Virus record (IMG/VR): IMGVR_UViG_3300045988_136057
Coordinates: 1-35,478 of that record
DNA length: 35,478 bases
Reading direction: 5' to 3' (one strand)
Source: a virus
Under the pieces are notes generated by a model, which saw nothing but the letters and a program-made list of their open reading frames with translations, made no database searches and was not told the origin of the DNA. Positions 25,119 through 31,329 of the stretch are shown here, piece after piece (position 1 is the first letter of the stretch; every line of letters starts with the position of its first letter). Position numbers and translations under genes: made by a program.

Positions 25119-25144
25119 AAAAAAAGAGGCTGCTATGCAGCCCC
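25119..25144 (-). terminator. Intrinsic terminator T1 after the early accessory operons
   Basis: Minus strand GGGGCTGC-ATA-GCAGCCTC followed by TTTTTTT, immediately after the TAA at 25145. Confidence 0.65.
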
Positions 25145-25513
25145 TTAGTCATAATAATCCTCGTCAAAGCACTCGTCCTCGTCATCGTCATCTACCTCGT
25201 CGATACGATAACCAAGCATGAGTTCATCAATTAAGAATCTCACGCCTTGCTCATCATACTCACCTGGGTCAATGATTGGCTCGGCTATCCAGTCAGCCGT
25301 CCAAATGTAGTCAACGCCCTCCGGCCAGTCAAAATCTAAGAAGTACGTCCCGCCTAGTTGCTGAGATTCCTCCCATTGTTCCCTCGTATTTTTGCAGATA
25401 CAAGGGGACGTTCTCATTTCTCTATCATATATAAAGTCCCAGGCGTCCTCATATGTTGAACACTCGTATAGAACTCTGTTTGAGTAATGGTCTTTCACTA
25501 ATAATGTAGTCAT
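25145..25513 (-). CDS. Highly acidic small protein (candidate DNA mimic / anti-restriction)
   Basis: 122 aa. By my count 35 Asp/Glu against 8 Lys/Arg. C-terminus EVDDDDEDECFDEDYYD. Last gene of an early operon. Confidence 0.55.
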   Translation of the reverse strand: MTTLLVKDHYSNRVLYECSTYEDAWDFIYDREMRTSPCICKNTREQWEESQQLGGTYFLDFDWPEGVDYIWTADWIAEPIIDPGEYDEQGVRFLIDELMLGYRIDEVDDDDEDECFDEDYYD

Positions 25514-25528
25514 CTGTTTTCACTCCTC

Positions 25529-25798
25529 TTATGCACGCAAGTCATGACCTGTTTCATCTTCGCAAGTATGCAAGATTTCACGGCGTAAAGCCTTGATTTC
25601 CTTTTCTTGCTCATCATTAGCACCATTTAATGTGATAGCCATATCATATAGTAACTCACATTTTGCCACGAAATAAGTAACGCTATATACTGGGTTATCA
25701 AGAATACTTTTTGTTGTTTCCCAGCCACGTTTTACCATTTCAATTTTTTCTGCAGCCATTTCTTGATTGATTGCATTGATAATAGTTTGTGTAGTCAT
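25529..25798 (-). CDS. Hypothetical early protein
   Basis: 89-aa ORF with RBS GAAAGGAAA, first gene behind promoter P_B. Confidence 0.5.
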   Translation of the reverse strand: MTTQTIINAINQEMAAEKIEMVKRGWETTKSILDNPVYSVTYFVAKCELLYDMAITLNGANDEQEKEIKALRREILHTCEDETGHDLRA

Positions 25799-25859
25799 TT
25801 TGATTTCCTTTCACCGCTCTGAGCGGATTCCTTAACCTGGGGTCATATCCCCTACCTTT

Positions 25860-25894
25860 GATTATATATTACTATATAATCATATAGACGTCAA
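25860..25894 (-). promoter_or_regulatory. Early promoter P_B with overlapping palindromic operator
   Basis: Minus strand TTGACG-N17-TAATAT (25889..25894 and 25866..25871). The 22-bp element gattatatattactatataatc (25860..25881) is GATTATAT-N6-ATATAATC. Confidence 0.65.
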
Positions 25895-25931
25895 GAACTT
25901 TTTTACTCAAATATGAAAGTTCATCAAACTT

Positions 25932-26117
25932 TCATAAAAGGCGGCTGCGTACATACTCAGATATGGATAAGCCAGCCTTAGAGGCTGCTGCTCTTACTTC
26001 CTCATACTCAGCGTCATTGAATAGAATCCCTCTGTTCTTACGTCGCCCCTCGTCCCCTACTGTTACTGGGCGTCCTGCTCCCTCACGATTGCCGCCCCAT
26101 GTTCCTTTACTCATCAT
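25932..26117 (-). CDS. Ribbon-helix-helix (CopG/MobC-like) DNA-binding protein; candidate autorepressor of the early operons
   Basis: GGNREGAGRP...RKNRGILFNDAEYEEVRAAASKAGLSISEYVRSRLL fits an RHH beta-strand plus two helices. Start placed at ATGATG 26117/26114 (RBS AAAGGTGG), overlapping the upstream stop. Confidence 0.6.
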   Translation of the reverse strand: MMSKGTWGGNREGAGRPVTVGDEGRRKNRGILFNDAEYEEVRAAASKAGLSISEYVRSRLL

Positions 26118-26304
26118 CTGCCACCTTTCTAAACGCCTCATCTATCACCTCACCGATAGCCTTGTTCCTTGCTCTGTACTCTTGCTCGTCAATCTCGTTG
26201 TTGAGATACATACAGTACACATAATTATAGTATGAGTTGAGTTCCCTCAACGTAGTTATAGGGCCAGCCCCTTTGAGGGGCCGGCTTAATATGTTCTTGC
26301 TCAT
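26107..26304 (-). CDS. Hypothetical early protein
   Basis: 65-aa ORF with ATG start, tightly packed. Confidence 0.5.
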   Translation of the reverse strand: MSKNILSRPLKGAGPITTLRELNSYYNYVYCMYLNNEIDEQEYRARNKAIGEVIDEAFRKVADDE

Positions 26305-26308
26305 GTCA

Positions 26309-26662
26309 TCACGCTTTCAACCAAAGACCGAAGAGTCGCTCTAGTGTAGGAGCGTACAACGTCTTACCGGATTCAAGCGTACATTGCCAGGACAATAAGC
26401 TATGGTCAAAGCGTGATGTAGGCACGAGTCCTGTTTTGTATTTAAACTCCGCCGCACTACTGATAGGTGCGTCCATGTCGTCGAATACATGGATAGTATC
26501 GCCCTCGTATTCAATCTTGAATGGCGTCCGGTCATATAGCAAGTACTTCATATAAGACTCTGATATGAGTTTCTCCGGATACACCTTTTCGCTCTTATAT
26601 TGTAATTCAGAAATGTAGCGACCTCGTGCCACTACTCGGTCATTGACGTACAAGTTTAACAT
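26309..26662 (-). CDS. Hypothetical early protein
   Basis: 117-aa ORF preceded by a GNRA-loop hairpin (CGGCCCC-GCAA-GGGGTCG) and RBS GAAAGGAAA. Confidence 0.5.
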   Translation of the reverse strand: MLNLYVNDRVVARGRYISELQYKSEKVYPEKLISESYMKYLLYDRTPFKIEYEGDTIHVFDDMDAPISSAAEFKYKTGLVPTSRFDHSLLSWQCTLESGKTLYAPTLERLFGLWLKA

Positions 26663-26712
26663 TGTTACTTTCCTTTCATGAGCGACCCCTTGCGGGGCCG
26701 CCTCTTAACTAC

Positions 26713-27075
26713 CTACTGCTCAACCTCTACAAGTTCAAAGTCATACTCGTCCTTACTGAGCAAGGCTCTCTTCATGACCTTTACAACGTCATCGATTGTC
26801 TTTAGTTGCTCCGGCTTGAATCGTGCGTTCTTATCACCAAAGAGTACTGTGTACCCTTGCTTGATTGAACTGATACAACGCCCCAGCTTTGACTTGAACT
26901 CACTAGCTGGCTCTCCGTCGTACTCACTCATCAAGTCCCCTAAGTCTGAGTCGTCGTGTACAAACCACCAGTCATGGTAGTACATAGCCGCTTGTCTGAG
27001 CAGCCCTATCATTGTACTAGCCTCGAACTGTACTCTACCCTCGCCTTTGATTCTCAACTCATAAGACTTTCTCAT
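26713..27075 (-). CDS. Hypothetical early protein
   Basis: Start placed at ATG 27075 (RBS GAAAGGAAA). The track GTG at 27096 lies inside the leader hairpin. Confidence 0.5.
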   Translation of the reverse strand: MRKSYELRIKGEGRVQFEASTMIGLLRQAAMYYHDWWFVHDDSDLGDLMSEYDGEPASEFKSKLGRCISSIKQGYTVLFGDKNARFKPEQLKTIDDVVKVMKRALLSKDEYDFELVEVEQ

Positions 27076-27141
27076 ATTCTGTTTTCCTTTCACCACCGCT
27101 GAGCGGTGGATTCAAACACTAAAGGTACAACTCATACCTTT

Positions 27142-27176
27142 GATTATATATTAACATATAATCAAGATAATGTCAA
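27142..27176 (-). promoter_or_regulatory. Early promoter P_A with overlapping palindromic operator
   Basis: Minus strand TTGACA-N17-TAATAT with TGT just upstream of the -10 (27171..27176 and 27148..27153). The 22-bp element gattatatattaacatataatc (27142..27163) is nearly identical to the one in P_B. Confidence 0.65.
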
Positions 27177-27379
27177 GCATTAATTTTTTCGATATAGTTT
27201 TCAACGTCAACCATACCAAAAATGTAGGCACGCTCCAGGTGGTACATACTAGGCGTTATCAAGGCAACCTTGCCATTGATGTATAGATGATACAGTCTAT
27301 TAGTCCATACTACCTTGAATGTAGCGTTCTTATGTACTTCTCTTAATCTTTTCACAAACAATGTATCTATAACTCTCAT
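27173..27379 (-). CDS. Hypothetical early protein
   Basis: Start placed at ATG 27379 (AAGGAG, 8 nt spacer). 68 aa. Confidence 0.5.
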   Translation of the reverse strand: MRVIDTLFVKRLREVHKNATFKVVWTNRLYHLYINGKVALITPSMYHLERAYIFGMVDVENYIEKINA

Positions 27380-27391
27380 GTCATTCACTCC

Positions 27392-27844
27392 TTATTCATA
27401 GCGGTGAGTCGCAACACGCTCACCAGTAAAGTTATTTACGATGTACCACTCACAACCAATAGAGCAGTTATGAGCATATTCAGATAGTTCCGCTTGTGTA
27501 TCAGCTTTCATGATGAGTTTATCATCGTGTAGGCTATACATAGAGTACTTACGATACAAGAACTCCATAGGTACGTTGATGTACTTGTCGACGTTTTCAA
27601 GTTCCTCAGTAAACAAGTTTACCTTGCCGTCTATCTCGTTATAAGCCAGGCCGTCGACTAGGCGGTTTAACTGATAACTCCGGTGAGTGTAAAAGTAGAG
27701 GTCATCTACCTTTATCATATAAAAGTCAGTATTGCTTTTATATCGACCTTGCTCAACGTGTTTCTTGATTACCTCGATGTGTAAAAATGGGTTAGCAGCT
27801 TGTAAAATCTCTTGTAATTTCTTTCTTGTGATTCTCTTAGTCAT
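27392..27844 (-). CDS. Hypothetical early protein, paralog of 27858..28136 with a C-terminal extension
   Basis: Start placed at ATG 27844 (AGGAG, 8 nt spacer). Shares KKLQEILQAANP and ...DGKVNL...VDKYINVPMEFL with the upstream gene. Confidence 0.5.
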   Translation of the reverse strand: MTKRITRKKLQEILQAANPFLHIEVIKKHVEQGRYKSNTDFYMIKVDDLYFYTHRSYQLNRLVDGLAYNEIDGKVNLFTEELENVDKYINVPMEFLYRKYSMYSLHDDKLIMKADTQAELSEYAHNCSIGCEWYIVNNFTGERVATHRYE

Positions 27845-27857
27845 CTTATTCACTCCT

Positions 27858-28136
27858 CTATTTCAACAACTCAACTGGTACATTGATGTACTTATCAACA
27901 CGATTGAACTGTACATCTTTTAATTGAAGTTTACCGTCAACGGTATTTTTAACCATATCAGCAACCAACGCTTTAAGTGTAGGATTGCCTACGATTCTGT
28001 AGTAGTAGAATCCTACTTTTACAGTAAAGCGTACATCATGGCCGCCGATACGGCTATACATATCAACTTTTTCAACTTTAATTTTTTCACCTGGGTTAGC
28101 AGCCTCTAAGATTGCTTTTAGTTTCTTACTTGTCAT
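27858..28136 (-). CDS. Hypothetical early protein, paralog of 27392..27844
   Basis: 92 aa. Contains KKLKAILEAANP and ...DGKLQL...VDKYINVPVELL. First gene behind P_C. Confidence 0.5.
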   Translation of the reverse strand: MTSKKLKAILEAANPGEKIKVEKVDMYSRIGGHDVRFTVKVGFYYYRIVGNPTLKALVADMVKNTVDGKLQLKDVQFNRVDKYINVPVELLK

Positions 28137-28199
28137 GGTGTAGTTTTCCTTTCCTTTTCATCATACCTTTTAGGGTTATTACCCTTACCTCTTGAATAT

Positions 28200-28228
28200 A
28201 GTGTAACATATATTTAAGTTAATTACAA
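28200..28228 (-). promoter_or_regulatory. Early promoter P_C (diverged copy of the P_A/P_B architecture)
   Basis: Minus strand TTGTAA-N17-TACACT with TGT just upstream of the -10 (28223..28228 and 28200..28205). Confidence 0.45.
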
Positions 28229-28260
28229 GTACTTTTTTCAAATTTCATAAAAATTTTTTC

Positions 28261-28318
28261 AAACACAAAAAGAGGGGCTATAGTACTGTGTTCTAGCCAC
28301 TTGTACTATAGCCCCTCT
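28261..28318 (-). terminator. Strong intrinsic terminator ending the late/lysis transcript
   Basis: Perfect 16-bp stem agaggggctatagtac / gtactatagcccctct (28271..28286 and 28303..28318), followed on the minus strand by TTTTGTGTTT. Confidence 0.75.
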
Positions 28319-28391
28319 AAGGTCTATCTTATATCGTTGTAATGCATATGCCACCCTCATATGCTAGGGAGATTGTGAATCACCCCCGGCG

Positions 28392-28916
28392 TTATTTACG
28401 GAACGCCCCCGCTAAGAATCCAATCACTCCAACGCCTGCCCATGTATCACGTTGACGCTTTAAGCGTTGCTCAGTCGCTTTGTTTCGCTTGATTTCCTCT
28501 TTCAATTCTATCAATGAGTTCGAGGCTTGACTTAACCTCTCGTCCTGCTCTGTCAATAGATTCGAGGCTTGATTCAACTCGTTCCTTTGTTGCTCGTTGA
28601 TTGCTTTCAAGGCGGTCAATTCCTGCCCCCTCTTCTCGTTGATACTCTTCAAGGCGGTCAATTCCTCGGCCTGCCTCATCGTTAAGCCGTCGACCTCGCT
28701 CAATGATTGCTTTGAGTTGTTGATTGATTCTTCTGCTTTCTGCAAGCTGCTTTTCAGTTGATTCCAATCGGTCAAGGGTACGCTTATAATCTGCTGCGGT
28801 GCTGATGTAGTTTGAGGCGATTCGCCACGCACTAATGAGCAGCAACAAACAAGCAAAAATAAAAACAATCCGCTTAACAGTAAGATACGATTTAATTTTC
28901 TTGATGTAACCCTCAT
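28392..28916 (-). CDS. Spanin-like lysis protein: N-terminal signal/anchor with a Cys cluster, coiled coil, C-terminal transmembrane helix
   Basis: 174 aa: MRVTSRKLNRILLLSGLFLFLLVCCCSLV..., a coiled coil with the tandem 14-aa repeat ELTALK(S/A)INE..., then ...TWAGVGVIGFLAGAFRK. Last gene of the holin-endolysin cassette. Its Leu, Glu and C-terminal Arg codons fit the genome better than the overlapping frame. Confidence 0.5.
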   Translation of the reverse strand: MRVTSRKLNRILLLSGLFLFLLVCCCSLVRGESPQTTSAPQQIISVPLTDWNQLKSSLQKAEESINNSKQSLSEVDGLTMRQAEELTALKSINEKRGQELTALKAINEQQRNELNQASNLLTEQDERLSQASNSLIELKEEIKRNKATEQRLKRQRDTWAGVGVIGFLAGAFRK

Positions 28917-28920
28917 ACAT
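28471..28920 (-). CDS. Alternative-frame ORF over the same DNA (Rz-like topology: N-terminal TM plus coiled coil); may be spurious
   Basis: MYEGYIKKIKSYLTVKRIVFIFACLLLLISAWRIASNY... followed by charged helical sequence. The ATG at 28920 shares the GGGGG RBS with the ATG at 28916. Uses many CGA and CTT/CTC codons that are uncommon in the genes I sampled. Confidence 0.25.
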   Translation of the reverse strand: MYEGYIKKIKSYLTVKRIVFIFACLLLLISAWRIASNYISTAADYKRTLDRLESTEKQLAESRRINQQLKAIIERGRRLNDEAGRGIDRLEEYQREEGAGIDRLESNQRATKERVESSLESIDRAGREVKSSLELIDRIERGNQAKQSD

Positions 28921-28934
28921 ACAAGCCCCCAGTC

Positions 28935-29336
28935 TTATAAGTCGTCCCAACGTGCCTCATATCCCCGCACGTCAACGTGTACGAATCCTTGATAGTAATA
29001 CTTACCAATACCGCCCTCAATACCTAACTCTTGACCGCAAGCCTCAGCGACCTCGGCCAAGTAGTCAACGTCAACGCCGTCATATGTAATGTCGGCTGCT
29101 GTGCCCTCAACATGTTGAGAGTTAGATACGCCGCCTACTTCCTCATTATGAGCAGGACAACGGTATCCACTTGTGATAGTAACAGGAACGCCTAAACGCT
29201 CACGGATAGCGTCTAAAAGGTCTACAAGCCGCTTGTCTATGATATGGTCTAGGACGTTACGACCTAAGTTATCAGTTTCGTGTCTATGGCAACTACAAGC
29301 GAACTCGTAGTCATCAAAGTATGTTCCAATCTTCAT
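28935..29336 (-). CDS. Endolysin, peptidase M15 family (zinc D-Ala-D-Ala carboxypeptidase-like), single domain
   Basis: SGYRCPAHNEEVGGVSNSQHVEGTAADI carries the H..D...H-type M15 motifs. 133 aa with no cell-wall-binding domain. Follows the holin gene. Confidence 0.8.
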   Translation of the reverse strand: MKIGTYFDDYEFACSCHRHETDNLGRNVLDHIIDKRLVDLLDAIRERLGVPVTITSGYRCPAHNEEVGGVSNSQHVEGTAADITYDGVDVDYLAEVAEACGQELGIEGGIGKYYYQGFVHVDVRGYEARWDDL

Positions 29337-29361
29337 ATATTACCTCACTTTCTAAATGAAA

Positions 29362-29384
29362 AGAGGGCCGTCATGCAGCCCTCT
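29362..29384 (-). terminator. Hairpin/possible attenuator between the holin and endolysin genes
   Basis: Minus strand AGAGGGC-9 nt loop-GCCCTCT followed by TTTCATTT. Confidence 0.35.
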
Positions 29385-29403
29385 ATAGTTGTGTAGTTCC
29401 CTG

Positions 29404-29934
29404 TTATTTCTTTAAAATCATATCGATTCTTGCACTAACTAATTCCAATAGTCCTGCTATTGTTGTATTCCCGCCGTCCCTAAGATTTTCTAAGATAGAT
29501 AAGAACTCAACAGAGGCAAGGTATAGCCATGTGATATTGACAGCGAACGCATATTGACCGCTAATGAAATCAAAACACCACGCCGCAGCAGTTGCCACGC
29601 AGTAAGTGAGTACCTTTGTAATAAAAGGCTTTCTCATGTGTTTTGAGTTAATCAATCCTTTACCAAATGCCGCAGGAATGGCGATATACTTATCAATGCT
29701 GCTCAGATTATCCGGTGTAGCACCTAAATCAATCAACATCTTATATCCAATAGCACCCCATTTAGTGATAAGGTCAAGGAATACAAGAATAATGAATATA
29801 CCTAACACCTGGACGTGTTTCAATCCAAGAATGTATATAGCCACCTCGGCGATAATCGATAATAAGACTTTTAGTACAAAGGATTCAGTCAGCGTTTCCC
29901 AGGCTTTATCTAAGAATGTAGTCAGTTCGTTCAT
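29404..29934 (-). CDS. Holin (Phage_holin_4_1 / TcdE-like, multi-pass membrane protein)
   Basis: 176 aa with about four hydrophobic helices. LDLITKWGAI ... INSKHMRKPFITKVLTY resembles the holin family 4 pattern. Directly upstream of the endolysin. Confidence 0.7.
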   Translation of the reverse strand: MNELTTFLDKAWETLTESFVLKVLLSIIAEVAIYILGLKHVQVLGIFIILVFLDLITKWGAIGYKMLIDLGATPDNLSSIDKYIAIPAAFGKGLINSKHMRKPFITKVLTYCVATAAAWCFDFISGQYAFAVNITWLYLASVEFLSILENLRDGGNTTIAGLLELVSARIDMILKK

Positions 29935-29956
29935 CGTTCTCCCTTACATTAGAATA

Positions 29957-30970
29957 TTATAAATGGTCTATAGTACCGCCGGTATTGATATATTTGTTAT
30001 TGTTTTCGTCCCAAACTATATCACTATAATTTATAATACGTAATTGTTTAGCACCATGCTCAACGGTACCGATTACAAATGCAGTATTTGTCTCATTGTC
30101 AAAGCGGTCAACAACTCCAAAACTGACATTCTTAGGGTTTCTAATGTAAATTGTTTTATCTTTAAATGTATCTTGTCGAATAGTACCGTTTTTATTGATA
30201 TATAAAGTCTTTTTCTTATTAGCATAAAGTTCGATTGTATCAATATTAGATTTATCCCACTTACCAAAGAAGTTGAATTGAGGCTCAGCCGGCCAGTTAT
30301 TAGACGTATTACTGCCTGTATATCCTGTTACATTGGCGACGATTTTACGGCCATACAAAGAGTATTTGACGCCGTTTTCTTCATAAGTATCGTCTGCTGG
30401 TCTTTCGATTTCTGCTGCCTTGCCTTTGATTGTATAATCACCTACCTTATCACTTGTGTAATTATGATATGTCAATTTCACATCATCTTCACCTAAAGGC
30501 TCGATTGTGATATTACCAACGCCTGCCTCGTCCAATCCGAACACGTCGATATCATTACCTACGACTTTGACGGTGTAATGAGGCTCGCCCTCAATACCAA
30601 TCACTCGCTGACCTCGTGCAGCATTGCCAACAGTCAAAGGTTTGAATGTAGTTCTAGGGAACGGCTTACCGATATTATCAATCAATGCGATGAGTACATC
30701 ATCAACGGTAGAATCCTCAACCCATACGTTACCGTGCAGCAACTTTTGATATGCCTTTTCTGCACTTGCGTCTTGGCCGTCCTTGCCTGGTTTACCCGGC
30801 TCGCCTGGCTCACCTTTAGGGCCTGGCTCACCTGGTTCACCTTTAGGGCCTGGAACTCCAGGCTCACCCTCACCGCCACGTCTACCAGGTACACCAACAT
30901 TAATTACAATCGTCTTAACGTCCTCAACTGAAACGTCCGGTACATTTACATTTTTGTTTTCATCTGCCAT
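29957..30970 (-). CDS. Collagen-like repeat tail fibre / receptor-binding protein
   Basis: G-X-Y tract GVPGRRGGEGEPGVPGPKGEPGEPGPKGEPGEPGKPGKDG near the N-terminus. Lies in the fibre region upstream of the lysis genes. Confidence 0.75.
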   Translation of the reverse strand: MADENKNVNVPDVSVEDVKTIVINVGVPGRRGGEGEPGVPGPKGEPGEPGPKGEPGEPGKPGKDGQDASAEKAYQKLLHGNVWVEDSTVDDVLIALIDNIGKPFPRTTFKPLTVGNAARGQRVIGIEGEPHYTVKVVGNDIDVFGLDEAGVGNITIEPLGEDDVKLTYHNYTSDKVGDYTIKGKAAEIERPADDTYEENGVKYSLYGRKIVANVTGYTGSNTSNNWPAEPQFNFFGKWDKSNIDTIELYANKKKTLYINKNGTIRQDTFKDKTIYIRNPKNVSFGVVDRFDNETNTAFVIGTVEHGAKQLRIINYSDIVWDENNNKYINTGGTIDHL

Positions 30971-30999
30971 TATTCTTTTCTCCCCTTTAATAATAAGAA

Positions 31000-31320
31000 T
31001 TAATGCATACTCACATCATGAACGATAGTCATATTCCCCATAACTAGCTTATAGACTTGTTCATCTGTGATTAGGAACACGTCATATTTGACCTTACGCA
31101 GTTTTTTGTCAAAGGTCAAAGAATCAGTCCCCTTTATCTCAACAAATAACCGATTATCTTCCATTGAGCATTGAGCCTCAGCGATAAGGTCATCTGCATG
31201 AGTTCTTAACTTACATACGCCTCTTGCATTGGTGAAATTAATATCACCGGTTATGGCGTATGCTCGAATCCAATCACTACCAATATGTAGCGTTTCATTC
31301 ACTCGTTTTACATAGTCCAT
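31000..31320 (-). CDS. Hypothetical protein (possible fibre-associated or assembly protein)
   Basis: 106-aa ORF between two fibre genes. Call is by position only. Confidence 0.45.
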   Translation of the reverse strand: MDYVKRVNETLHIGSDWIRAYAITGDINFTNARGVCKLRTHADDLIAEAQCSMEDNRLFVEIKGTDSLTFDKKLRKVKYDVFLITDEQVYKLVMGNMTIVHDVSMH

Positions 31321-31329
31321 TATATCACA

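Noticed and set aside
24581-25144. tRNA gene, CRISPR repeat or attP core in the ORF-free island
   Set aside because: I see no cloverleaf with a GTTCNANNC T-arm or an acceptor-stem pairing. There are no regularly spaced identical repeats. No integrase exists to use an attP site. The hairpins all look like terminators oriented with the genes.
25913-25935. AT-rich hairpin ATGAAAGT-N7-ACTTTCAT at the end of the RHH gene as a terminator separating the P_A and P_B operons
   Set aside because: The stem is weak (all A/T apart from two G-C pairs) and is followed by ATTTGAG, not a U-tract. It is probably not an efficient terminator, so I did not list it as a feature.
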